The translations under genes and the position numbers were made by a program. Below are positions 1 to 11,603 of a stretch of DNA of 64,000 nucleotides, piece after piece; the first letter of the stretch is position 1, and every line of letters begins with the position of its first letter. The stretch is from contig CP136572.1 in NCBI GenBank assembly GCA_035193785.1, positions 2,836,578-2,900,577 of the forward strand. Direction: 5' to 3'. The notes beneath the pieces are model-generated. The model did not search any database, had not been told where the DNA came from, and saw nothing but the letters and a program-made list of their open reading frames with translations. Origin of the DNA: Planktothrix sp. GU0601_MAG3 (GTDB lineage: Bacteria > Cyanobacteriota > Cyanobacteriia > Cyanobacteriales > Microcoleaceae).

Positions 1-441
1 AGTACAATTCAAACTGAACTTTCAACTGCAATCAATTCTGTTCTAAAACCTGGGCGAATTGCCAGAGCTTTTTCTGAACTGCGGTGTACTTTTGAGGAAC
101 GTTCAATTGTTCCTGATGTTTCTGTTTTTACTTGGGACAGAATTCCTCGGGATGAGAATGGTGCAATTGCTAATAGTTTTTTAATCGCACCGGACTGGAT
201 GATTGAAATTTTATCCCCTGATCAAAGTCCAACAAAAGTGATTAAAAAAATTCTCTATTGTCTAAATCATCAAACTCAAATAGCTTGGTTAATTGATCCC
301 GAAGAACAATCTATCTTTGTTTATCACGCTCAACAACAAACAGAGGTTTTTGAACAACCGGAATCACTAATATCTGTTCCCCCATTTGCCACGGATATTA
401 AACTAACAGTTGGCGAGTTATTCGCTTGGCTTTTAGAATAA
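1..441 (+). CDS. Uma2-family (DUF820) endonuclease-like protein, 5' end outside window
   Basis: Frame 1 is open from base 1: ...ELRCTFEERSIVPDVSVFTWDRIP...APDWMIEILSPDQS...AWLIDPEE, typical Uma2 motifs. Confidence 0.85.
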   Translation, partial: STIQTELSTAINSVLKPGRIARAFSELRCTFEERSIVPDVSVFTWDRIPRDENGAIANSFLIAPDWMIEILSPDQSPTKVIKKILYCLNHQTQIAWLIDPEEQSIFVYHAQQQTEVFEQPESLISVPPFATDIKLTVGELFAWLLE

Positions 442-720
442 AAAGGTGATACAATATTGTTAATAAATATTGAAAAATATGCCAATTAACCCTAAAAATA
501 CTCTACAATTTAATAAGGTAAATTGCCACCAGGAGTATTAAACTCTAAAAACTATTGTCATCAATTGTTGACGATTAACGAACCAAACAGTCAGCCATTG
601 GGGAAAACTAGGAATCTGAGTTGTTCAGTAACAGTTATATTAATATATTGAACAATCTTGACCGTGAATATCGATTAAGATGACTAACCACCAATACTCA
701 AAAGTTTAACGGAAACAACT

Positions 721-2206
721 ATGGGAAAACCGACCGGCTTCTTAGAATATCTGCGGGAGTTACCGTCTGAACTCGCCCCCCTTGACCGGGTTCATAACTG
801 GGATGAGTTTCATCTGCCCATGGAGGAGGACAAACTTCGCACCCAAGCCGCCCGTTGTATGGACTGCGGCACGCCGTTTTGCCATACGGGAACAATTATT
901 AGTGGCATGGCCAGTGGTTGTCCGATTAATAACCTAATCCCGGAATGGAATGATTTAATTTATCGGGGACTGTGGAAAGAGGCCCTAGACCGTCTGCACA
1001 AAACCAATAATTTCCCCGAATTTACGGGTCGGGTTTGTCCGGCGCCCTGCGAGGGTTTCCTGTGTTTTGGGCATTCATAACCCTCCGGTGACGATTAAAA
1101 ATATTGAATGTTCGATTATTGATAAGGGTTGGGAGGAGGGTTGGATCACCCCAGAACCCCCGGCTAAACGCACTGGAAAGAAAGTCGCGGTGATTGGTTC
1201 TGGCCCGGCGGGGTTATCGGCGGCGGCCCAACTGAATAAAGCGGGTCATTCCGTCACGGTCTTTGAACGGGCTGATCGTCCAGGGGGCTTGTTAATGTAC
1301 GGTATCCCGAATATGAAGCTGGATAAGGAACAGGTGGTATTGCGGCGTCTGAAGGTCTTGGAAGACGAGGGCGTGAAGTTTATTTGCAATACGGAAGTGG
1401 GTAAGGACTTTCCTGCCGAAAATCTGTTAAAAGAGTTTGATGCGGTACTTTTATGTACGGGAGCCACGAAACCCAGGGATCTCCCGATTCCAGGGCGCGA
1501 CCTCAAGGGGATTCATTTTGCCATGGAGTTCCTCACCGCCAATACGCAAGCGGTTTTAAATAAGCAACCCGGCAGTGATTTTATCTCCGCCGAAGGTAAG
1601 GATGTGGTGATTATTGGGGGTGGGGATACGGGGACGGACTGCGTAGGAACCTCTATTCGTCACGGTTGCAATACGGTTGTCCAGTTGGAAATTCTGCCCC
1701 AACCGCCCTCGGAACGGGCTGCCAATAATCCTTGGCCGGAGTGGCCGAAGGTTTATAAAATGGATTATGGTCAGGAGGAAGCCGCCGCTAAATTTGGCTC
1801 CGATCCTCGGGTTTATCTAACCACGGCAACTAAGTTTGAAGGGGATGAACAGGGGAATGTGAAAGCTATTCATACCGTTGAGGTGGAATGGGCGAAAAAT
1901 GAGCAGGGGCAATTTATTCCTAAGCATATTCCCGGCACGGAAAAGGTGACTCCCACCCAATTAGTGTTACTGGCGATGGGATTTCTGGGGCCAGAACAAC
2001 CGTTATTAGACAGTTTGGGTTTAGAACGGGATGCCCGCAGTAATGTTAAAGCCGAATATGACAAGTATGCTACCAGTATTCCTGGGGTGTTTGCGGCGGG
2101 CGATTGTCGTCGGGGCCAAAGTCTTGTGGTTTGGGCTTTTAATGAAGGTCGTGGTGTCGCCCGGGAATGTGATTTATATTTGATGGGACAGACGGATTTG
2201 CCTTAA
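721..2206 (+). CDS. gltD: NADH-glutamate synthase small subunit; one +1 frameshift at 1055-1059
   Basis: [57 protein letters not shown]; removing one T from GTTTC joins the two ORFs (~494 aa). Confidence 0.95.
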
Positions 2207-2217
2207 TTGTTGCTTAG

Positions 2218-2247
2218 AAATCCCTCCTTTTTTTTGGGGGGATTTTT
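2218..2247 (+). terminator. Probable intrinsic terminator after gltD
   Basis: AAATCCCTCC...GGGGGGATTT hairpin followed by Ts. Confidence 0.5.
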
Positions 2248-2303
2248 GAAGAACAAATACACGAAGACTGGAAGATAAATTTAAGTTGCGATCGCCCTAC
2301 TCT

Positions 2304-2550
2304 TTATGTTCTCCAGTTTTCTATTGTTAAATTGATAACGGTTTGGATGCGGGTAAAGTCGCTATCAGATGTCACTAAGGTAAGATCATAACACCCGGTA
2401 ATAGCAGCTATCATAGATCGTTTTCATCAAAACCTAATTCTGTAATTTTAGTTGTTTTTCGTTTCGTTTTTTGTTGAGGGCTAAATTCCTTGATTAAGGC
2501 TGCTTTAATCTGTCCATAGACTTTGGCTGTTTCTTCATCAATAGAACTCT
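2304..2550 (-). pseudogene. VapC/PIN toxin C-terminal remnant
   Basis: IDEETAKVYGQIKAAL...LGFDENDL, then after a 1-nt shift IAAIT..DLTLVTSDSDFTRI...IENW; PIN N-terminus absent. Confidence 0.6.
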
Positions 2551-2689
2551 TGCAAAATAATTTTATGGTATTATGGTAAGTCTTGCTCAATTTCATAAAA
2601 TCCCAGAGACTAACCATTCTTCACAAAGTTTTGCTAAAAACTCCATAAAATGGTAAAAATTAAAAGTGAATTTAGACAATAACTCTGCG

Positions 2690-3635
2690 ATGAACACTCA
2701 ATTTTACCTAAATTTGAAACCTCTTGTCGGGAATATTTCAAAAGTTTTTCTAACAATTGTGAGTTACTTCTTTCTGGTAACAACCGCCCAAGCAAAAGAG
2801 TATAAAGTTTACTATCTGGGGGGTCAATCCAACATGGAAGGCTATGGTTATGTTCGGGATTTACCTCAAGAACTGAATGCACCTGTCAAAGGTGTCATGA
2901 TCTATCAGGGAAACTCAGCACCTGATGGCGGGAAAATTGATGGCGTGGGAATTTGGGAGGAACTAAAACCGGGACATGGAGTTAATTTTCACAGTAACGG
3001 TCAAACCAATTCTTATTCTGATCGCTTCGGAGTCGAATTAAGCTTTGCACGGCGTTTGTTAGAATTACAACCTAACTCCAATATTGCCATTATTAAATAC
3101 GCCAGAGGCGGAACGTCACTGGATAGCGGTGCAAGTGGCCGGTTTGGCAATTGGGAAACCCGATTACAACGACGGTAATGGAGTGAATCAATACGATCAC
3201 TTTCTGGCGACTGTCAAAAATGCCATGGCCGTTCAAGATATTGACGGAGATGGTGAATCAGATGTATTGACTCCTGTGGGAATCGTTTGGATGCAGGGAG
3301 AGAGCGATGCAGCGCATACACTAGATATTGCAGAACGATATGAGAGCCATTTGAAACGGATCATTGATCTGTTTCGGGCTGCGTTTCGTACCGACGATCT
3401 TCCTGTTGTTATTGGTCGAATTTCAGATTCGGGTCAGGGTGATGGGGGGAAAGTGTGGAAATATGGAGCAGTAATTCGCAATGCTCAAGCTCAGTTTGTG
3501 CAAAAAGATGGCTATGCTGCCTTAGTCACAACAACGGATAATCACAAATATTCTGATCCGTGGCATTATCAGAGTGACGATTACTTGGATTTAGGTTCCC
3601 ACTTTGCTGAGGCTATTGTAAAGTTGGAGCCTTGA
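2690..3635 (+). CDS. Secreted SGNH/SASA-domain carbohydrate (sialate O-acetyl) esterase; frameshift at 3155-3159
   Basis: GGQSNM, WMQGESD and DPWHY motifs; signal-peptide-like N-terminus; removing one A from GAAAC joins the ORFs. Confidence 0.8.
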
Positions 3636-3748
3636 TTTCCTTGTTGAGTGTGCCATTGGCGGGAGTCCTGTTATAGATAGAAGTTTAATTGCTAACCTGA
3701 ACTGCTCTATCTTTTATTAAAAGTTCAACTTTAAATTGTTGGGAAGAA

Positions 3749-3768
3749 AGCCCTGAAGGGCTTACTAC
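3749..3768 (-). repeat. GTAG-type REP (GTAGTAAGCCCTTCAGGGCT family)
   Basis: AGCCCTGAAGGGCTTACTAC; same element at 34599 and as a doublet at 38532. Confidence 0.8.
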
Positions 3769-4226
3769 GATTTGAGGGGGTTTTTAACTAAGTTGACGTT
3801 ATAATATCGGGGGTCGGAGGTGACTTCTTTTCCGATCCAATGGGGAATATCAATATTTTGATCTTCGGTTTCTAGTTCCACTTCTGCTAAGATTAATCCT
3901 TGATTTTCTCCCCAAAATTCGTCTACTTCCCAGATTAAATTCCCGATATTAATTTTATATCTGGTTTTTTCAATTAAAGGGCGATCGCATAATGTTTCTA
4001 ATAATTCTTCAGCATCTTCAACGGGGATTTTATACTCAAATTCTGCCCGACTGCTTCCGGTTGTTAAGCCTTTAATTGTTAAATATCCTTGACTTCCTAC
4101 GACCCGCACCCGCACGGTACGACCATTGATATTAGCAATATAGCCTTGACGATAGGTTTCTCCTACCGCAAGCGATCGCCATTCATCCCCTGTAACTAAA
4201 AATTTTCGTTCAATTTCTGTTGCCAT
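3765..4226 (-). CDS. CYTH-domain protein
   Basis: EIERKFLV, RVRV, LTIKG, EFEY, IEKTRY, WEVDEF, LAEVEL motifs. Confidence 0.9.
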   Translation of the reverse strand: MATEIERKFLVTGDEWRSLAVGETYRQGYIANINGRTVRVRVVGSQGYLTIKGLTTGSSRAEFEYKIPVEDAEELLETLCDRPLIEKTRYKINIGNLIWEVDEFWGENQGLILAEVELETEDQNIDIPHWIGKEVTSDPRYYNVNLVKNPLKS

Positions 4227-4305
4227 TTGTAGTGATCTAAAAAATTATCTGTTTATGATTATACCATAAAATTTTATATTTTTATCAACAAATAAAAAAA
4301 ATCCC

Positions 4306-4349
4306 GTTGTTGCGCTTCAGCGCAATCTTGAGGGCTAAAGCCCAACAAC
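4306..4349. repeat. GTTG-type REP doublet
   Basis: GTTGTTGCGCTTCAGCGC-AATCTTGA-GGGCTAAAGCCCAACAAC; related copies at 53377-53454. Confidence 0.65.
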
Positions 4350-4485
4350 ATACAACATCATGTTTATGTTAATAATAATTCATTTGCCAATCTCTACAAA
4401 ATTGATATAATAATTTTACTATGAGCGTCATCGCTTGCTAGATCAGAAAATAATCTATCGTTCAAATTTTAAGTTTACTTTATCC

Positions 4486-6450
4486 ATGACTGAACTATTA
4501 AATCCTGCTGAAAATCCTAATGTTTCCCGTCGTTATATTTTGAAATTATTTGGTATTAGTGCAGTTAGTGGAGTCTTGGGATATTCTCGATTCCACAAAC
4601 CCGAACCCACTATTTTCCAGCCGAATATTATTAATCTACCCCAATTTTTAACCCAACCTAAGCAGGTTGTTATTATCGGCGCAGGACTAGCGGGATTAGC
4701 CTGTGCTTATGAATTAAGTCAACGGGGATTTAAAGTTACTTTATTAGAAAAATCTCCCCAGTTAGGCGGTAAAATTGCCAGTTGGGATATTAAAATAGGG
4801 GATAAAACCTTTAAAATGGAACATGGTTTTCATGGGTTCTTTCCTCAATATTATAACTTAAAATCCTTAGTTAAGGAAATCGAAATTGATAATAATTTTA
4901 AATCCTTAGAATCCTATGCAGTGGTTTTTAAAAATAACCAATATCAACCGGAAGTCTTTCGCCCTAGTCATTCTGCATTTCCTTGGAATGTTGTTGATTT
5001 GGGATTTTCTTCTGCTAATCGTTTAAACTGGGGAATTAATCTGACCCATCTCAATCATTGGAAAGTATTTAGAGAAATTGGGGGGTTTAAAATTCCTAAT
5101 AGTTATCAACGCTTAGATGAGATTTCTGTTGCTGACTGGGTGCGTGAAGATTTCCCCCAAGGATTATATGATTTATATTTTCTTCCCTTTGCTAAATCCA
5201 GTTTAAATGCACCGGATAAATTGAGTGTGGGGGAATTAATGCAGTTTTTCCATTTCTATTTTTTTGGGAATCCTGAAGGGTTGGCTTTTAATGGAACTCG
5301 TCAAGATATGGGAACCAGTTTAGTCCAACCTTTAGTTAATGCGATTCAGCAAAAAGGTGGGGAAGTTATAACAGATATTACCGTAAGTAATATTAACTGG
5401 AATCAAGGAAAAATTGATTCTATCAGTTATTTTCAAGGTAATCAAGTTAATTCGGTGCCATTCTGGGTTAAATATAATTCAATTCTATCATCAATTACCC
5501 CAGCTTTACCCCAAAACAAACATTTAGAATACTTTGGGGATGGAGATGATGTTTATGCGGTATCCAGTCAGAATAATCAAGCTATTTCTTTACAATGTAC
5601 CCATCAAGGTTGTACTGTACAAATAGCAGAAGATGGATATTTTCATTGTCCTTGTCATGGAGCTATTTTTGATCAAAATGGTAAGGTTATTTCTGGCCCA
5701 GCACAACGAGATTTACCACATTATCAGGTAATAGAAAGACAGGAGAATCAAGTTCAGTTAGTTAGTGTTAATAATAACACAACTCAGAATCATAATATCC
5801 AGGCAGATTATTATATATTAGCGACGGATATTCCGGGGACACAACGATTATTTACGCTGATGAATGGGGAGATTAATCAACAGGTGAAACAACAAATTGA
5901 ACAATTACAAGTCGCTGACCCCTTTGCTGTTTGTCGGTTTTGGTTTGACCGAGATTTTCCTTGGGAATATAGCCATTTTACCTCCCTATCGGGTTATGAT
6001 TTAACCGATAGTATCACCCTTTATCATCGGATTCAAGAGGAATATATTAAATGGTATGAAGAAACCGGGGGGACTGTGGTGGAACTTCATGCTTATTGTT
6101 ATAAAGAAGCCCAATTTCCCACTCAAGAAGCGTTATTAACGACCTTTGAACAGGAACTTTATGAAATTGTCCCCGAATTAAAATTGGCTACCCTATTACA
6201 TCGAGAATTAGTCAATCAGAAAAATTTTGCTGGCTATCCCCCCGGAAGTTATGCAAATCGTCCGGCTACGAATTCTGGGGTTGCTAACTTAATATTTGCG
6301 GGAGATTGGGTAAAAATGCCCTTTCCCTGTGGTTTAATGGAAAGGGCTATTAGTAGCGGATTATTAGCAGCAAATGAAATTTTATCTCAGGAGAGTTTAC
6401 AAAAACGCTCGATTTTTTCTGTAAACCCAGAAGGATTTTTAAAGATATAA
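4486..6450 (+). CDS. cruE: FAD-dependent oxidoreductase with inserted Rieske domain; CrtU/CruE-like carotenoid aromatic-ring synthase
   Basis: Twin-arginine-like SRRYILK, GAGLAGL, EHGFHGFF, CTHQGC...CPCHG Rieske motif, AGDW...MERA; ATG 4486 is in frame with the listed ORF. Confidence 0.7.
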   Translation: MTELLNPAENPNVSRRYILKLFGISAVSGVLGYSRFHKPEPTIFQPNIINLPQFLTQPKQVVIIGAGLAGLACAYELSQRGFKVTLLEKSPQLGGKIASWDIKIGDKTFKMEHGFHGFFPQYYNLKSLVKEIEIDNNFKSLESYAVVFKNNQYQPEVFRPSHSAFPWNVVDLGFSSANRLNWGINLTHLNHWKVFREIGGFKIPNSYQRLDEISVADWVREDFPQGLYDLYFLPFAKSSLNAPDKLSVGELMQFFHFYFFGNPEGLAFNGTRQDMGTSLVQPLVNAIQQKGGEVITDITVSNINWNQGKIDSISYFQGNQVNSVPFWVKYNSILSSITPALPQNKHLEYFGDGDDVYAVSSQNNQAISLQCTHQGCTVQIAEDGYFHCPCHGAIFDQNGKVISGPAQRDLPHYQVIERQENQVQLVSVNNNTTQNHNIQADYYILATDIPGTQRLFTLMNGEINQQVKQQIEQLQVADPFAVCRFWFDRDFPWEYSHFTSLSGYDLTDSITLYHRIQEEYIKWYEETGGTVVELHAYCYKEAQFPTQEALLTTFEQELYEIVPELKLATLLHRELVNQKNFAGYPPGSYANRPATNSGVANLIFAGDWVKMPFPCGLMERAISSGLLAANEILSQESLQKRSIFSVNPEGFLKI

Positions 6451-6468
6451 AATTGATTTCACCTTAAT

Positions 6469-6526
6469 TCCGCGTAGGCGGAATTTGTCCGTGTAGCCGC
6501 GATTTCAATCGCCCGGTTAATATAAA
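6469..6526. repeat. Dispersed cyanobacterial intergenic repeat (CCGCGTAGGCGG...GTAGCCGCGATTTCAATCGC)
   Basis: GC-rich palindromic segment containing two GTAG motifs in an AT-rich spacer; single copy in this window. Confidence 0.4.
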
Positions 6527-6553
6527 TCTTGTATTAAAATCTCCAAGGTCAAT

Positions 6554-7600
6554 ATGAATTCAGAAACAACATCAAAAACAAATGATATTAGACAGTTAGG
6601 AATAAACCCGAATCATTGGTATGTTATAGCCACCAGTCAAGAGATAAAAACTCAACCCCTAGAAGTGAAATTATGGAATCAAAATATTGTTTTATTTCGG
6701 GATAGTTTAGGCGAAATTCACGCCTTAGAAAATCGCTGTCCCCATCGACAAGTTAAATTAAGTCATGGTAAAATTATATCGGATTATATAGAATGTGCCT
6801 ATCATGGTTGGCAATTTAATTCTCAAGGAGAATGTGTCATAGTTCCCTATTTAGAGGATAGGCAAAAATTACCTAAAAATTGTAAAATTCGAGAATATTC
6901 GGTTAAAGAATTAGATGGTTTTATCTGGTTATTTCTAGGAGATACTCCTGATTTTATTCCACCCTTAGCCATTCCAGAATGGGATAATCTGAATTATATC
7001 GCCACGGTTTCAGTTATTCATTATCAAGGACATTTTTCCTTTTTAATTGAGAATTTAATGGATATGTACCATGGACATTTACATCAAGATTTACAGGCTT
7101 GGACAGATGCTCAGTTAGAAAAAATAGAAGAAACCCACAACCGAGTTGATGCCTATTATCAAGCTCAAAGTTATTATAAAATTGATAAAATTTGGTCAAT
7201 TTCCCAGCTATTTTTTCCCGGTTTAAGACAACTTCATCCTGAACCTTTAACCGTTAGTTATATTTATCCCCATTGGGTTTCTACCTTGGGAGAATATTTT
7301 AAAATATATTGTTTATTTTGTCCGATTAGTTTAACAGAAACCCGGGCTTATTTAATTCATTTTACCTCATTAAATGCCTTTTGGCGACTCCATAAACTTC
7401 CCATAAAATTCAGAAAGTTTGTCAAAGATTTGTGTTTTGGTTCCGCCCAAAAACTATTAGATGGGTTAGTCAAACAGGATATTTTAATGATAGAAGAAGA
7501 ACAACAATCCTATTTTAACAATTCCCAACAAAAAGGATACGAATTTAATCCGACTATCGCCAGTGTTCAACGGTTAATTCAAGGTCAAGTTAAACCCTAA
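6554..7600 (+). CDS. Rieske non-heme iron oxygenase; CruH-like by context
   Basis: CPHR...CAYHGW Rieske motif and ENLMDMYHGHLH iron motif; directly follows the cruE-like gene. Confidence 0.75.
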   Translation: MNSETTSKTNDIRQLGINPNHWYVIATSQEIKTQPLEVKLWNQNIVLFRDSLGEIHALENRCPHRQVKLSHGKIISDYIECAYHGWQFNSQGECVIVPYLEDRQKLPKNCKIREYSVKELDGFIWLFLGDTPDFIPPLAIPEWDNLNYIATVSVIHYQGHFSFLIENLMDMYHGHLHQDLQAWTDAQLEKIEETHNRVDAYYQAQSYYKIDKIWSISQLFFPGLRQLHPEPLTVSYIYPHWVSTLGEYFKIYCLFCPISLTETRAYLIHFTSLNAFWRLHKLPIKFRKFVKDLCFGSAQKLLDGLVKQDILMIEEEQQSYFNNSQQKGYEFNPTIASVQRLIQGQVKP

Positions 7601-7602
7601 AC

Positions 7603-10600
7603 TTAATCTTTTTGCTTCAAAATTAATAGGGTAATATCATCAAACTGTTTTTCTTCTCCTCGGAATGTAACAATATCATTAATCACAATTTGTTTAATTT
7701 CTTCTATTGGGTGTTGCCAATTTTTAGAAATAACATTACAGAGTCTATTCAGTCCATACTGTTGTCTATCAACATTGAAGGTTTCCGTAATTCCATCGGT
7801 ATATAAAACCACACCATCCCCGGTTTTTAACTCAACAGTTGTAGAAGTAATAAACTCCGTAATGTTTTCATCTAAAGCAATCGGAATCCCTAAATTAATG
7901 GTATCAATCCGTTCAATATTACCATCGGAACGAACAATTAAAATTTCTTCATGCTGTCCGCTAATCGTTAATAAACCTTGATAATAATTTAAAATAGCCA
8001 AAGTCAAATTTCTATCAACATTCATCCGTTCAACATTTTTATAAAGAGTGTTGTTAAGAATATTCAAAAATTGGATAGGGTCAGTTTCTCTAATTTCCGT
8101 GAGGGTACGAATTCCCATTTGAGTCATTAACATTAAAATTCCACTTTCTAACCCATGTCCGGTCACATCTCCAATTCCCAAAGTCACCACACCATCGGTT
8201 TCTAAAACATCATAATAATCTCCCCCAACTTCCTCCGCAGGTTTCATAAATCCCACAATTTCTAATCCAGAAATCATAGCGAGTTCCTCCGGTCTAGGTA
8301 AAATCATTTGTTGTAAACGACGAGTTACTTCTAATTCCGTTGCTAACCGTAGATTTTCCGTTTGTAGGCGACTAATATTAACATGGGTTTTAATTCTAGC
8401 TAAAAGTTCATCCTTAGCAAAGGGTTTTATCATATAATCATTTGCACCCATATTTAACCCAGTTACAATATCTTGAACTTGAGTTTTAGCCGTTAATAAA
8501 ATAATCGGTAATTCCGTTTGATTAAACTGTTCTCGAAGTTTTTGGGTAACTTCATATCCGGTAATTTTAGGCATCATCACATCCAATAACATTACATCGG
8601 GTCTGAGTCCTTTAGCAATTAATTCTAATGCTTCTTCGCCATTACTAGCTTGAAAAACCGCATAATGATGTAATGAAAGATTATTTAATAAAACCTGACG
8701 ATTCACGATTTCATCATCCACAATTAAAATTTTAATCGTTTCTGGAGAATAGTTCATCGACAGTTGAGAAAAACCAGGATTAACGGATAATAATGTATTA
8801 ATTTGTATGGGTTTTAGATAACTTTTAATCTGGTTTTCCATAGGAGTTTTAACTACATTTTCGGCAATAGGTAGGGTAAAAGTAAATCGAGAACCGATAC
8901 CAACCTCAGATTCAACCGTCATTTCACCCCCATGTAATTCTACCAATTGTTTTGTAATGGTTAATCCTAATCCGGTACCGCCATATTCTCTAGCGGTTGA
9001 ACCTTCTCCCTGTTCAAAGGATTCAAAAATTCTATCTAATTTATTAGCCTCAATCCCAATTCCCGTATCAGAAATCGTAATTGCCATTTGAGATTTTTTA
9101 GTTTCAGGTAAAATTATTGCTGAAATTTCTACTATTCCTTCTGGGGTGAATTTTATCGCATTTCCAACTAAATTATAGAAAATTTGTTGTAACCGATTTT
9201 CGTCTGCTTCCGCCAGGGAGAAATCAACGGGAATCCGATTAATTAGATGCAAATTTTTATGGGTAATTAGATGTTGACTTAAGATTAAAACCGCATCAAC
9301 AATCGCCCGAATATCAAGCGGTCGCCGTTGTAATTCTATATTTTGATAGCGCAATTTAGAGAAGTCTAAAATATCACTAACTAAACTAGATAGGCGGCGA
9401 CCACTAGCCGCAATCATGGCTAAATTGCTATTAGTTTGGGGGGATAAATCTCCGGTTGCCCCATCAATTAAAGATTCCGCAATCCCAATAATTCCATTTA
9501 AAGGAGTTCGTAATTCATGGGAAGTATTGGCAAGAAATTCATCCTTTAATTGGTCTAACTTTTGAAGTTCTTTATTTTTGGATTCCAAAATAGTAAAGGA
9601 TTCTTTTAACTGTTTTGCCATACTATTAAAAGATTTGGCTAACTGACCTAATTCATCCTTGCGTTTAAGATTAACCTGTTGTTCCCATTGTCCTTGAGCA
9701 ATTTTTTTGGCTGCAATATTCAACTGTAAAATTGGTTTGACAATCCATTGTGATGTTAATAATCCGATTAATGTAGCTCCTAATAATGCCAAACTACATA
9801 AGGCAATGGTCGTGCGGGTATTCGCATTAATTTGTTCCATAAAATCCGCTTCAGGAACCACCACAAGAATTAACCAATTTACCGTTTTTCCCTTCTGAAA
9901 AGGTAACACATTGACAAAATAACGATGGTAATTCCAAGTAAATTCTAGTTTTTTTTCCTGTTTAATATCCTGGAGATTAGAATAGGTTTGGTTTAAATAT
10001 TTAGCCGTGGCTTGAGTTAAGGGATTTTGGCTTTTTACCGCCTCAAATAACTGTCTATTATTATCAACAACTAAAAAGGGTTTTTCTAAAGTAGAAGTAG
10101 CTAATAACGTACCATCACTATCAATTAAAAAGGTTTGTCCTGATTTTCCTACCTTTAATTGATTTAAAAAATTTCCAATGCCATCTAAACGTAATGCGGT
10201 GTTAAGAACCCCTTGAACTTGTTGGGTTTGAGGATTATAAACCGGAAGCAAAGCACTCATTAATAAAGTCGGTTCTAATAAAGATAAATACACCGAACTC
10301 CAAGTCATATCCCCAGCTTTTACCGCATCTTTATACCACACCCCCTTAAGGGTATTAAAATTTTTAACAATGGTTTCCACTTCGGTGCGATCGCCTTTAT
10401 AATTAGTCTTATAGGAATAGAAGTCAAAATTAGTAAAGGTATCAATCACATTAATTCTTAAAGACCCATCCCCCAACTGTTCCCCCGTGCGTTCCTGTCC
10501 GGCGGCATTAGTAATTTTAATAAAATTAATATCAGGATAAAGTTGCACCTGTCGCCAGAGATACTTTTCCCACGGGGTTAAATTTTGAAAACTTAAAATA

Positions 10601-10887
10601 CCTGATTTAATTAAATTCGAGTGGGTTTGATTAATCTTTTCTGGCACTGCTAAATAGGCTTCTAAATTCTGTTCAACCCGCGCACTAATTTCATTTTGTA
10701 ACTGACCTACCACCTGATTAACCGCCTTCTGTCCTGCCTGAAAAGACAGCCAACCCACAATCCCAACCGCCCCAAAAATTTGCAGCAAAAAGGGTATAAT
10801 CAAAACCGTTCGGATGGGAATTGGATGCTGACTTTTCCGAACCATCTTCATCCAAATTGACTGAAATTTAGGCAAATAAATTGACAT
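7603..10887 (-). CDS. Hybrid sensor: Cache-HAMP-HisKA-HATPase-REC-PP2C (SpoIIE)
   Basis: Two TM segments, [69 protein letters not shown]. Confidence 0.9.
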   Translation of the reverse strand: MSIYLPKFQSIWMKMVRKSQHPIPIRTVLIIPFLLQIFGAVGIVGWLSFQAGQKAVNQVVGQLQNEISARVEQNLEAYLAVPEKINQTHSNLIKSGILSFQNLTPWEKYLWRQVQLYPDINFIKITNAAGQERTGEQLGDGSLRINVIDTFTNFDFYSYKTNYKGDRTEVETIVKNFNTLKGVWYKDAVKAGDMTWSSVYLSLLEPTLLMSALLPVYNPQTQQVQGVLNTALRLDGIGNFLNQLKVGKSGQTFLIDSDGTLLATSTLEKPFLVVDNNRQLFEAVKSQNPLTQATAKYLNQTYSNLQDIKQEKKLEFTWNYHRYFVNVLPFQKGKTVNWLILVVVPEADFMEQINANTRTTIALCSLALLGATLIGLLTSQWIVKPILQLNIAAKKIAQGQWEQQVNLKRKDELGQLAKSFNSMAKQLKESFTILESKNKELQKLDQLKDEFLANTSHELRTPLNGIIGIAESLIDGATGDLSPQTNSNLAMIAASGRRLSSLVSDILDFSKLRYQNIELQRRPLDIRAIVDAVLILSQHLITHKNLHLINRIPVDFSLAEADENRLQQIFYNLVGNAIKFTPEGIVEISAIILPETKKSQMAITISDTGIGIEANKLDRIFESFEQGEGSTAREYGGTGLGLTITKQLVELHGGEMTVESEVGIGSRFTFTLPIAENVVKTPMENQIKSYLKPIQINTLLSVNPGFSQLSMNYSPETIKILIVDDEIVNRQVLLNNLSLHHYAVFQASNGEEALELIAKGLRPDVMLLDVMMPKITGYEVTQKLREQFNQTELPIILLTAKTQVQDIVTGLNMGANDYMIKPFAKDELLARIKTHVNISRLQTENLRLATELEVTRRLQQMILPRPEELAMISGLEIVGFMKPAEEVGGDYYDVLETDGVVTLGIGDVTGHGLESGILMLMTQMGIRTLTEIRETDPIQFLNILNNTLYKNVERMNVDRNLTLAILNYYQGLLTISGQHEEILIVRSDGNIERIDTINLGIPIALDENITEFITSTTVELKTGDGVVLYTDGITETFNVDRQQYGLNRLCNVISKNWQHPIEEIKQIVINDIVTFRGEEKQFDDITLLILKQKD

Positions 10888-10944
10888 TAAAGATCAAAAT
10901 TTATGGTTATTAAATAGGTAATAGGTAATCAATTAACTCTTAAA

Positions 10945-10980
10945 CTGATTACTGATTACTGATTACCGATTACTGATTAC
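10945..10980. repeat. Heptamer STRR-like tandem repeat (TGATTAC)n
   Basis: ctgattactgattactgattaccgattactgattac. Confidence 0.7.
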
Positions 10981-11544
10981 TCTCCCCAGCGTTTCATCTG
11001 ACCCCCATCAATATCAAAGAGGTCAAGCACCCGACAAACCGTATTTGTAACCATTTCATCAATCGATTCTGGCATCGTATAAAATGCCGGAACCGGAGGC
11101 ATAATAATCCCCCCACATTCAGTCACCGTCAACATATTTTTAAGATGGATAGCATGGAGAGGGGTTTCCCGCACCATTAACACCAACCGACGGCGCTCCT
11201 TGAGTACCACATCCGCCGCCCGGGTCAGGAGATTGCCCGTCACCCCCGTAGCCACCTCAGCCAAGGTTTTCATGGAACAGGGAAGAATCACCATTCCCAT
11301 CGTCCGAAACGAACCACTGGATATTGCTGCCCCCACATCACCGATAGCATAGCTCACATCAGCTAAGTTGTGGAGTTGTTTACTATCTATATTCAACTCA
11401 TGGGCCCTAGTGATTTCTCCTGCCCGGGAAACCACCAGATGGGTTTCCACATCGGTTTCTCGCAGGAGTTTCCAACAGACGCACCGCATAGATAATACCA
11501 CTCGCCCCACTAATGCCCACAATGAGACGTTTAGAACTGGTCAT
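10977..11544 (-). CDS. ubiX: Flavin prenyltransferase UbiX; frameshift at 11468-11472
   Basis: Corrected N-terminus MTSSKRLIVGISGASG; ISSGSF, PCSMKTLA, RAADVVLKERRRL, RETP. Confidence 0.9.
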
Positions 11545-11603
11545 ATTAACGGCGGCTTCCTAATCTGAATTATTCTATTTTAACCCTAAATAAACCCATT
11601 TTT

